Of a DNA stretch of 64,000 bases, positions 47,127 to 55,561 are shown piece by piece (positions within the stretch are counted from its first letter, which is position 1; each line of letters begins with the position of its first letter). The stretch covers positions 1-64,000 of the IMG/VR virus record IMGVR_UViG_3300017925_000001. One strand, given 5' to 3'. The position numbers and the translations under genes are program-made. The notes below the pieces were generated by a model. That model was not told the origin of the DNA and did no database searches. It saw only the letters and a program-made list of their open reading frames with translations. Origin of the DNA: a virus.

Positions 47127-47363
47127 ATGGCAGCAACAATGGGTAAAGATATATTCGCCAAGGACTTCTCAGTAGGTACTGTAGTTTACCTGCGATGCAA
47201 AGTCCTTTCTTTCACTGGCGCGGGCCCTGTGTGGGCAGGTGCCGGGGATACTGTCACTGTGCAGGTAGAGAGTAACGGAAATACTGGGGAAATCACTCCT
47301 GGTCCAATAGTTACTGTGTCTCCTGTGCAATGTAGAGCTACAGGCGCAACATACCAAAGTTAG
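47127..47363 (+). CDS. Small beta-rich protein
   Basis: SD AAGGAG; resembles 26217..26486. Confidence 0.65.
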   Translation: MAATMGKDIFAKDFSVGTVVYLRCKVLSFTGAGPVWAGAGDTVTVQVESNGNTGEITPGPIVTVSPVQCRATGATYQS

Positions 47364-47445
47364 GACCAGTAACACGAAGATGCAGCGGAGATCAGTCCGC
47401 AAGCCCCGTGGGAATCGGGGCACCTCTTAGGCTCTGTCTAGAAAT

Positions 47446-48543
47446 GTGGAGCACTTATTTATTGTAAGGAACGGGCAAAGAAAGACTCCCTCAATGAAAA
47501 AGATTCACCTTGCTTTAGTATTTAAAGACTTTGCGTATTGGATACGTTCTAGTTGTGTTGGATTGCACGTTGCTGGTTTTACTACTGCAGAAGTTCTGCG
47601 GGAGAAGGGTGTGGATGTATCAGTATTTCCTGTGCGACACAATGTTGACTTAGTTCATGCTATAGACAAGTATAATGAAACACATGATGAGCCATTGACC
47701 CATGTGGTTATCTCTGCTCCATGGCTAAGCGCACATGATCTTAAAACCATCATAAAGAATTGGCCATGTACAAAATTTATTATTCTTTCTCATTCTAATG
47801 TAGGGTTTCTTCAAGCCGATCCAAATGGTGTTGAGTTATTGCGCGCTTACCTTGCTCTTGCGACAAGACACACGAATCTTCAGGTGGGAGGCAATTCACA
47901 TCGTTTTGTAGAATGGTTAGGATATGCTTATGCTTCAGAAGTTATATGGTTGCCTAATTTATATCCGTTTGAGACATGTGAAACCAAAAAATGGAAAGAT
48001 GGAGTAATAAAGATTGGTGCCTTCGGTGCAGTTCGGCCTGAAAAGAATTTTATGACAGCAGCAGCAGCAGCAGTTGCAATTCATAAAAATCTTGGTGTTC
48101 CAGTTGAACTTCACATGTTGTCGGGAGGCGAAGGGGACCAAGGTCGTGTCGCACCAGCAATTGAGCAGATGTGCTTTGGTATTGAAGGTATATCCTTGAT
48201 TAGGCACGAATGGGAACCGTGGGATAAATTCATAGAGACCGTTGGTGAAATGGATTTGCTATTACAGCTTTCTTATACTGAGTCATTTAACATGGTGACG
48301 GCGGACGGTATTTCACGTGGAGTTCCTTCTGTAGTGTCCTCCGCTATAACGTGGGCACCAGAATGTTGGAAAGTAGATGCAGACGATGTAATGCAGGCTG
48401 CGGAGGTGGGCATCACTTTACTAACTGATGAAATGGTGCGACGAAAGGGTTTTGATGCATTGAGGGACCATAACGAAATGGCTATTAAAGAATGGCTTAA
48501 ATGGCTTGGAATTGCTAAGAAACCTTGGTACAAGTTTTGGTAA
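47446..48543 (+). CDS. GT-B fold (GT4-like) glycosyltransferase
   Basis: GAVRPEKN...DLLLQLSYTESFNMVTAD...GVPSV. Confidence 0.85.
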   Translation: MEHLFIVRNGQRKTPSMKKIHLALVFKDFAYWIRSSCVGLHVAGFTTAEVLREKGVDVSVFPVRHNVDLVHAIDKYNETHDEPLTHVVISAPWLSAHDLKTIIKNWPCTKFIILSHSNVGFLQADPNGVELLRAYLALATRHTNLQVGGNSHRFVEWLGYAYASEVIWLPNLYPFETCETKKWKDGVIKIGAFGAVRPEKNFMTAAAAAVAIHKNLGVPVELHMLSGGEGDQGRVAPAIEQMCFGIEGISLIRHEWEPWDKFIETVGEMDLLLQLSYTESFNMVTADGISRGVPSVVSSAITWAPECWKVDADDVMQAAEVGITLLTDEMVRRKGFDALRDHNEMAIKEWLKWLGIAKKPWYKFW

Positions 48544-48558
48544 ACAAGGAGGACTCAG

Positions 48559-49356
48559 ATGAACAGAATTGAACTCGAAGAGGAACAGGCAAGGCTGCAC
48601 GAAGCCTCGCGTTTGAAAATGGCCTTGCTCAAAGAAGCCGAAGAGAAAGCCCAAGCTAAAGCTCAGGAAGAGCAAAGGGAAGCCAAGGAACGCGCTGAGA
48701 AACGTAGGATAGACGCTCGGGAAGCCCAGGAAGCCCAACGTAGAGACGCTTTGCAGAAGCAGATGGAAGCCGAAGCCGAGATGAATCGTAAACAGAAAGA
48801 ACTGGACGAAAAGCTCAGGCTGGTCAAAGAACAGGAAGCTCAACGTATCGAGCAAATGTCTTTGACCGAGAAAGCTGAGCAAGAGCGCAGGAATACCGAG
48901 GCAAGACAGAAGGCAGCGGATCTAGCCGCCCAAGCCGAGGCAGATCGAGCCAAGGCTATAGCTGCAGCCCAGGAAATCAAACGACGTGCCCTGCAAGAAG
49001 AGCGAGACAAAGTAGAGGCCATCCTTGAAAGAGAGAGACAGGCTCGACTAAAGCAATTTGTTGTAGAGCAGCAACTGAATACTGCAGCGGAAGCAGAGCG
49101 TCTTGAACAGGAAAAGTCTCGACAGGCTGAGGCTGCTCGTGTTCAAGCTGAGTTTCTAGAGGAACAGCATAGAAAACTTCTGCGAGACAGTTTGAGCACC
49201 CTTGAGATGAAGCTTAGTACGTCTGAGGTTAGTGCAGAGTATCCCCAGGGGCAAGCCGAGGGCGACAAAGCAGCAGTAGGCACTGAAGGTAGTACGCAAG
49301 ACGAAAACATGTCTGGGCATATGCGCCGGATATTGAGACAGTTTAACAGAGTATAA
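48559..49356 (+). CDS. E/Q/R/A-rich coiled-coil protein
   Basis: SD GGAGG plus GACTCA; single-alpha-helix-like composition. Confidence 0.8.
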   Translation: MNRIELEEEQARLHEASRLKMALLKEAEEKAQAKAQEEQREAKERAEKRRIDAREAQEAQRRDALQKQMEAEAEMNRKQKELDEKLRLVKEQEAQRIEQMSLTEKAEQERRNTEARQKAADLAAQAEADRAKAIAAAQEIKRRALQEERDKVEAILERERQARLKQFVVEQQLNTAAEAERLEQEKSRQAEAARVQAEFLEEQHRKLLRDSLSTLEMKLSTSEVSAEYPQGQAEGDKAAVGTEGSTQDENMSGHMRRILRQFNRV

Positions 49357-49365
49357 GGAGTTACT

Positions 49366-50967
49366 ATGGCATATCTGCTTCCACCTTACTATATTGATGA
49401 GAACCCCATAACTCCGAACCTATTTTTGGGTTTGTGGGGCATGGATGTAGCGATAGCCAAGAATTTTGTAAAAATTGATTCAGCCTTTGGTGCCCTGAGC
49501 TTAACTTTTGATGTGAACGGCGTACCTGTTCCTCCTCCAGCCGAATTTGTGAACAGTGGCACCGTTACATTCTCGGTTGTGGGAAGCGTTGTCACTGCTA
49601 CTGCAATTGCTGCTGTGGGTTCAGCTGCATGGGCTACGCTCACAGGGGATCTCACTGAGTTGCAAGTTGTGCCGTGGGATGGCCCCACGATTGGTACGTC
49701 TGACACAGGTATTTCTCGCATTGCTGGGGGCACCCTTGCTATAGGAAACGGAACTACAGGTGATTTCTCTGGTAGCCTTAAGTTGACGGGTATTGATATT
49801 GTTGGGGCACTGACTGATGGTACAAGCTCTGTAGGTACTTCTGGAGAGGTTTTAAGCAGTACTGTTACTGGGGTAAAATGGGTTCTCCTCAATCAGGCCC
49901 CCCCGGGCGCACAAGGTACAACAGGCGCACAAGGTACAACGGGCACAACCGGCACGCAAGGAACAACTGGCTCTACGGGTGCTCAAGGTACAACAGGTTC
50001 TCAAGGAACCACAGGTACGACAGGTATTCAAGGCACAACTGGAGCAACTGGTGCTCAGGGAACGACCGGAACTACAGGCATTCAAGGTACAAGCGGGACG
50101 AATGGTTCGCAGGGTACGACCGGCGCTACTGGGGTACAAGGCACCACAGGAACAACAGGGCCTCAAGGGACAACCGGGGCTACGGGAGCACAAGGCACAA
50201 CTGGTACACAAGGTGCTACCGGCACACAAGGAACGATTGGGGCTCAAGGCACTACGGGTGATACAGGAGCCCAAGGGACTACCGGCACTACCGGCTCGCA
50301 GGGGACTACGGGCACGACGGGTTCTCAGGGCACAACGGGAACCACCGGCTCGCAGGGGACAACCGGCACTCAAGGTACTACAGGTACGACGGGAACCCAA
50401 GGAACGACCGGCACTACCGGAACTCAAGGCACAACTGGTACAACAGGCTCTCAAGGCACTACAGGCACACAAGGCACTACTGGTACGACGGGTTCTCAGG
50501 GTACTACAGGAACCACAGGTTCTCAAGGAACGACCGGCACTCAGGGAACAACAGGTTCAGGTTCCCAAGGTACTACCGGGGCACAAGGCACTACGGGTGC
50601 TCAGGGGACAACCGGAAAGGTAATCTCGTTCCAGTTTGGTACACCAGGCGGGGCTGCGATTAGCACAGGTATTCTCGGGTATATTACAGTACCTTTTGGC
50701 TGCACGATTGTTGGGTGGAGTATTGAAGTCGATGCAGGGACGGCAACAGTCAAGACTTTGAAAGTGGCAAGCGGAACAGCGATTCCCACTATAGGTTCAA
50801 ACTCTATCAGCACAAGTGGTGTGGCTATTTCTACTGGAACGGTGGTCCAAAGTGCAGTTACCTCTGACTTTACGACAACCACAGTTACCGCCAACGACAT
50901 TATCGGGGCGGACTTGTTTACGGTTAGCGGGGTAGGATACATCAACTTCCAGTTGCAGGTTCAGTAG
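49366..50967 (+). CDS. Collagen-like fibre protein
   Basis: Uninterrupted Gly-X-Y repeat (GxQGTT) at about 49906-50616; shared N-terminal anchor motif. Confidence 0.9.
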   Translation: MAYLLPPYYIDENPITPNLFLGLWGMDVAIAKNFVKIDSAFGALSLTFDVNGVPVPPPAEFVNSGTVTFSVVGSVVTATAIAAVGSAAWATLTGDLTELQVVPWDGPTIGTSDTGISRIAGGTLAIGNGTTGDFSGSLKLTGIDIVGALTDGTSSVGTSGEVLSSTVTGVKWVLLNQAPPGAQGTTGAQGTTGTTGTQGTTGSTGAQGTTGSQGTTGTTGIQGTTGATGAQGTTGTTGIQGTSGTNGSQGTTGATGVQGTTGTTGPQGTTGATGAQGTTGTQGATGTQGTIGAQGTTGDTGAQGTTGTTGSQGTTGTTGSQGTTGTTGSQGTTGTQGTTGTTGTQGTTGTTGTQGTTGTTGSQGTTGTQGTTGTTGSQGTTGTTGSQGTTGTQGTTGSGSQGTTGAQGTTGAQGTTGKVISFQFGTPGGAAISTGILGYITVPFGCTIVGWSIEVDAGTATVKTLKVASGTAIPTIGSNSISTSGVAISTGTVVQSAVTSDFTTTTVTANDIIGADLFTVSGVGYINFQLQVQ

Positions 50968-50974
50968 GAGGAGT

Positions 50975-51658
50975 ATGGGATTTACACATTCTCAGAGCAA
51001 GTTGGTAAATGGAACAGTTACGGTGGCTACCCCACTGGCGGTTACCTTGACCAGTAATCCCTCACTTGGGGATGTTGTATGGGTGTCAATTTTCAACGTT
51101 ACAGGAGCCTCAATAGGAGACTTAACTGTACTAGATTCCAATAGTAATAGCTATACTAAAACAGCTAACTCTCCTTATACTTTAGGAGATAATTCTATTT
51201 CCTTGTATTATTTAATAGCTCCTTCTAATGCGACTAATAGCCTTTCAGTTCACGCATCCCTTGTCACCGCTATTATCTACGTTGCAGTAGATGATTTTGC
51301 AGTAAGTGGAGGAAATGCTACTTATGATAAAGAAGCTAAAGGTACTGGTACTGGTACTACAATAAATACCCCAAGTATAACCCCTACTTACCCTAATTCT
51401 TTATTGTACTCTACCGCTGCGATATCCGTGGCAGGCATAACTGCTCCAAATGCTGGAGCTACTCTAGGTAGTTGGACTGGTGGAGCCGGTCAATCGCCTT
51501 CTAGTACGAAGTACAACGATGTAGAGTATATACTTAGTGCTACCGGAGCAACAGCCGTAAACTATTCATGTAGTTCTGGTAATTGGATAGCTTTGGTAGA
51601 TGCGTTTTATATCCCTAGTGCCGCAGTCACAAACAAGCCACACGTTCAAATGTTTTAA
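50975..51658 (+). CDS. Beta-rich virion/fibre-associated protein
   Basis: SD AGGAGG; S/T-rich beta pattern. Confidence 0.7.
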   Translation: MGFTHSQSKLVNGTVTVATPLAVTLTSNPSLGDVVWVSIFNVTGASIGDLTVLDSNSNSYTKTANSPYTLGDNSISLYYLIAPSNATNSLSVHASLVTAIIYVAVDDFAVSGGNATYDKEAKGTGTGTTINTPSITPTYPNSLLYSTAAISVAGITAPNAGATLGSWTGGAGQSPSSTKYNDVEYILSATGATAVNYSCSSGNWIALVDAFYIPSAAVTNKPHVQMF

Positions 51659-51660
51659 CA

Positions 51661-51737
51661 ATCCCAAAGCTTAGCGGCTTTGGTGTAGAGTCGGGAGGTG
51701 CCATTCCACCTCCCCGCTCGACCTGAATGGAGGAACT
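51661..51737 (+). promoter_or_regulatory. SD-sequestering pseudoknot leader, copy F
   Basis: Hairpin 1 CCAAAGC-TTAGCG-GCTTTGG; stem GGGAGGTG/CACCTCCC; loop CCATTC pairs with GAATGG. Confidence 0.9.
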
Positions 51738-52733
51738 ATGATTAACAGAAATTTTGTGCGTTTAGTTTTGGCTGAAGGTGGAACAATCAAACCGTTGATG
51801 ATTTCTTCTGTTGACTCTGGTGGGCTTGGGCTCTGTAACCCGTCAGTGTTTGTTGATCACGGTGAAATTTGGTTGATACTCAGAAATGTCAGTTACACGA
51901 TATACCACTGCGAAAATGAGAAGAGATTCAATAGTCGGTATGGTCCGCTGAGTTATCTCAATCCAGAGCATGACCAGCATTTGCGGACTACGAATTTTCT
52001 TTGTAAGTTGACACCAAGTCTCGAAATAGAACGATACTGGAAAATCGACACTAGCCATCTCGACAAAGAACCGCTCTGGGAGTTTACGGGTTTGGAAGAC
52101 GCTCGTCTCGTACGTTGGGATGGGCATCTGTACGGTATCGGAGTTCGGCGTGATACAACAACCAACGGTCAGGGACGGATGGAGTTTTCGGAACTCGAAT
52201 TGGTCAACGACACTGTAAAGGAAATCGGGCGATATAGAATTGAACATCCTACGGCTCCTGAATGGTATTGTGAAAAGAATTGGATGCCAGTGTTGGACAT
52301 GCCTTACCATTTCATCCAGTGGACAAATCCTGCGGTATTGGTTAAAGCTAACCTTACGACTTTGAAGTCCTATCGGGCGATTGAGGTCAATGAGTCTGGC
52401 AAGATTGAAGGCATGCCATTTCTCCGTGGGGGTTCCCAAGTAATCCCTTGGCATAACTATTACATCTGTATTGTCCACGACTGTGACCTGACCAAGAATC
52501 TCATAGGACAAAAAGATGCTACTTACATGCATCGGTTTGTGGTCTATGACCGGAATTGGAATATAGTTAGGATTGGCGACCAGTTCTCTTTCATGGATGG
52601 GGAAATCGAATTCTGTTGTGGACTCGCAGAATATGAGAAGGACTTCTTGATGACGTTCGGTTTTCAAGATAATAGTGCTTGGATTTTGAAAATTCCATCA
52701 TCTATAATTCCCAAATTGATCGGAGTAGCATGA
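51738..52733 (+). CDS. Five-bladed beta-propeller glycosidase/phosphorylase-like (GH130-like) protein
   Basis: NPSV, GLEDARL, EKNW.P, RGGS, IEFCCGL, FGFQD. Confidence 0.8.
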   Translation: MINRNFVRLVLAEGGTIKPLMISSVDSGGLGLCNPSVFVDHGEIWLILRNVSYTIYHCENEKRFNSRYGPLSYLNPEHDQHLRTTNFLCKLTPSLEIERYWKIDTSHLDKEPLWEFTGLEDARLVRWDGHLYGIGVRRDTTTNGQGRMEFSELELVNDTVKEIGRYRIEHPTAPEWYCEKNWMPVLDMPYHFIQWTNPAVLVKANLTTLKSYRAIEVNESGKIEGMPFLRGGSQVIPWHNYYICIVHDCDLTKNLIGQKDATYMHRFVVYDRNWNIVRIGDQFSFMDGEIEFCCGLAEYEKDFLMTFGFQDNSAWILKIPSSIIPKLIGVA

Positions 52734-53467
52734 CCTTCTATACTTACACGTATCTTCGTGCAGACGGAACTCCGTATTATATCGGTAAAGGGAAAGACTA
52801 TCGTGCGTTCAAGAATGGGGGTCGCCCATGCAAGAAACCGATTTACCATTCTCGTATTCTAATCCAATATTGGAAGTCTGAAGAAAAAGCGTTTGAAATG
52901 GAAGTCTGGTGGATCAATTTTTGGGGACGTAAGGATAACGGAACAGGTATTCTTAGAAATTTATCTGATGGAGGCGCAGGCAAGGCGGGATTTATACCTG
53001 ACCCTGAACAGGGGCGCAAACACAGCAAATTTCTGAAAGACAAATTTGCATCAGGAGAGATGGGACCTCCCGGCGCTCAGTCTATAGAGGCGAGAAAAAA
53101 ATTAAGTACATCGCTGAGGGCGGGACATGCCTCTGGGGAAATAGTTACTTACAACAAAGGAATCCATGCTACTGATGAGCAAAAGGCAAAATGGTGGACG
53201 CCAGAACGGAGAGCCGCTCAAGCCGAACGGTGTCGTAAAATGGCAATGGAAGTTATTTTTACTCCTGAGCGTAGAGCTGCTTTAGCCGCTGCCGCTGCTA
53301 AAAGATTTAAGGGAATTCCTCAATCCGAAGAACAGAAAACCCGAGCTAGAGAAGGTTGGAAAAAAGCTTGGACTCCAGAACGTAAAGCCGCTCGATCTGA
53401 GAGGGCAAAAGCGCAGGGATTTGGAACTATTATTCATCCATCAGTTCGGAGGAAAGATGTTTCCTGA
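52730..53467 (+). CDS. Free-standing GIY-YIG homing endonuclease
   Basis: FYTYTYLRADGTPYYIGKG...LRNLSDGG; (W/F)TPERR/K repeats; ATGA coupling. Confidence 0.9.
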   Translation: MTFYTYTYLRADGTPYYIGKGKDYRAFKNGGRPCKKPIYHSRILIQYWKSEEKAFEMEVWWINFWGRKDNGTGILRNLSDGGAGKAGFIPDPEQGRKHSKFLKDKFASGEMGPPGAQSIEARKKLSTSLRAGHASGEIVTYNKGIHATDEQKAKWWTPERRAAQAERCRKMAMEVIFTPERRAALAAAAAKRFKGIPQSEEQKTRAREGWKKAWTPERKAARSERAKAQGFGTIIHPSVRRKDVS

Positions 53468-54014
53468 ATTACTGAGATATATATCTGATCCCAAGAATGC
53501 AGAATATAATTTCCAACTCGGACTTTGGTATGAGAATTGGGGTCACACTGCGGGAGCAGCGGGTTTCTATGTTCGGGCGGCAGAATACTCCTCAGATGCT
53601 TTGCTATCCTATGAAGCTTTGCTGCGAATCGCCAATATCTTTACACGGCAAGGTGGTCGTGTCTACATGGTCAAGGGTGTTTTGTTGCGGGCCATATCCT
53701 TGATACCAGAGAGACCCGAGGCATATTTTCTTCTTAGTCAAGTGTATGAGAAAAACAAGGATTGGCAAGAAGCATACAGCTTTGCTGTAATGGGGCAACG
53801 ACTCAGCGAAGACCAGCCTAAGCTTAGGACAAACGTGGAATACCCGGGGAAGTACGCTCTGGTTTATGAGCAGGCTGTCTCCGCATGGTGGATTGGTTTG
53901 TTCAAGGAATCCATCACTCTTTTTAAGCAGCTTCAGAAAAACAAGACAATGCTGCCGATCCATAGCGTATCCGTACAGGATAATTTGCAACGTTTAGAAG
54001 GATTAGTAAGGTAG
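53457..54014 (+). CDS. TPR-repeat protein
   Basis: P.NAEYNFQLG, PERPEAYFLLS; SD GGAGG. Confidence 0.8.
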   Translation: MFPELLRYISDPKNAEYNFQLGLWYENWGHTAGAAGFYVRAAEYSSDALLSYEALLRIANIFTRQGGRVYMVKGVLLRAISLIPERPEAYFLLSQVYEKNKDWQEAYSFAVMGQRLSEDQPKLRTNVEYPGKYALVYEQAVSAWWIGLFKESITLFKQLQKNKTMLPIHSVSVQDNLQRLEGLVR

Positions 54015-54035
54015 AAACAGGAATAGGAGTTCAAT

Positions 54036-54875
54036 ATGTCAGTAACACTTTACCCAGGTGGTGACAACCCTGTCACTCCGAATCTTGGTTTGGCCTTGTG
54101 GGACATGAGCATGACCATGGCTGAGAACTTTGAACTTCTGGACTCGGCTGTGGCAGCAGGAAGCCTCAAGGTGAATGAGGCTTTGGTCACAGCCCCAAAC
54201 TTTGTCAACAGCCCTACCGTCACGTTTTCTGCGGTTGGGTCAAATATTTCCTTAAACGCAGCTGATGATTTTTTATCTCTTGCTGGTAATACACCTACTA
54301 CCCCAGTAACGGGCTCCATTTACTGTAATGCTTCATTCACTTTACCAGTTGTTGGAGATTTTACTGGAGGATGGACTACTGAGGATGTCACAGGAAATAT
54401 TATCGCATCTGGTAACAGCTCTTTAGTAGGAGGGCCAGCAATATTTTTCACTGTACCGGGCTTTGCATACTATTTCAGTGCAGACTTGGCCGGTGTATCA
54501 TTCAACTCTCTAGCGGGTGCCACAATAGAAATTCTTAAAGGTTCTGGTGTTGATGTAGCCCACGTAGGAAACTCTACCGGTAATGCCGGAATGGAAACAG
54601 ACACATTTAGCCCTGATAGTAACAGCTTTTATGGTGATCCAGTAGTTATTGGACAAAGTAACGATACTATATCTTCTAACTCAATCGTTATCTCTAGCGC
54701 AACCGGAACAATAGTCAATGGTCCGTTTATTGAGGCTACAACTAAAACTCCGGCATCATCTTCTGCCGCAGGGGTCACGGGCCAGATCGCTTGGGATCAA
54801 AGCTACATCTACGTTTGTTTGAACGGCTCAACTCCGAAATGGGGTCGGGCAGCACTCACTTCGACAGGTTGGTAA
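54036..54875 (+). CDS. Fibre-like virion protein
   Basis: Shared N-terminal anchor motif; C-terminal PASSSAAG..GQIAWD..YIYVC...W.RAAL. Confidence 0.75.
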   Translation: MSVTLYPGGDNPVTPNLGLALWDMSMTMAENFELLDSAVAAGSLKVNEALVTAPNFVNSPTVTFSAVGSNISLNAADDFLSLAGNTPTTPVTGSIYCNASFTLPVVGDFTGGWTTEDVTGNIIASGNSSLVGGPAIFFTVPGFAYYFSADLAGVSFNSLAGATIEILKGSGVDVAHVGNSTGNAGMETDTFSPDSNSFYGDPVVIGQSNDTISSNSIVISSATGTIVNGPFIEATTKTPASSSAAGVTGQIAWDQSYIYVCLNGSTPKWGRAALTSTGW

Positions 54876-54909
54876 AGAAAGAAAGAAAGAGAAAACATAG
54901 GAGAATTAA

Positions 54910-55443
54910 ATGAAGAACGTATTGAAAGCGGTTTTATTCGCTGCTATGTCTATCTCTTTATTTGGGACATGCCTTGCACAAGAAGGCAGATTGCAAGTAA
55001 AGACTCAGACGCACACTTTAGCACTAAAAGAAAAAATCAAGGTTGATCCACCTACCAAGTATGTTTTGTCTGGCACCTATTTGGTATCCGGCAACGGCAA
55101 TGTAACGTACATAGAACCTTTGTCTGTTACGTATCTTGACGACCCCTTAACAGTAACGTGCGCGAGCACATGTTCAATCCTAGGCAGCTTAACAGTGCAG
55201 ACCAGTGGAAGTATTTCCAGTAATAACCTGGCTGTATGTATGCTTGTGGATGGAGAACCTGTTCCAAACGGTTGTCAATGGTCTACTGATACTCCAGGTG
55301 ATGGTACTTTTGTTGAAAGTTCTGTTTCTTCTTGGGTAGTAGATTTGCCTGCTGGGGAACACACAGTACAGACGGCCATAGCTTCTGAGTATGGCTGTGA
55401 TTATGAATACTGGGGCTTTCAATATTCTGTGTACAAGCCGTAG
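54910..55443 (+). CDS. Secreted hypothetical protein
   Basis: Sec signal MKNVLKAVLFAAMSISLFGTCLA. Confidence 0.75.
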   Translation: MKNVLKAVLFAAMSISLFGTCLAQEGRLQVKTQTHTLALKEKIKVDPPTKYVLSGTYLVSGNGNVTYIEPLSVTYLDDPLTVTCASTCSILGSLTVQTSGSISSNNLAVCMLVDGEPVPNGCQWSTDTPGDGTFVESSVSSWVVDLPAGEHTVQTAIASEYGCDYEYWGFQYSVYKP

Positions 55444-55450
55444 GGAAAGC

Positions 55451-55525
55451 ATCTCAGGTCCTCGAAACCTGGGCTAGAGCTGGAAGGAGCCTAACTCTCC
55501 TTCCTTGCTCGATCTGATTTAAGAG
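55451..55525 (+). promoter_or_regulatory. Pseudoknot leader, degenerate copy G
   Basis: ATCTCAGG/CCTGGG-CTAGAG; stem GGAAGGAG/CTCCTTCC; loop CCTAACT pairs only imperfectly with TTAAG; no SD or ATG at the usual position. Confidence 0.7.
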
Positions 55526-55561
55526 CTGAATATCTAGAAAAGTGGAAGGAAGGGTAGCGAT

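Noticed and set aside
49906-50616. Repeat array as CRISPR/VNTR, and the overlapping alternative-frame ORFs
   Set aside because: The 9/18-nt periodicity with synonymous variation encodes Gly-X-Y collagen; the other frames are by-products.
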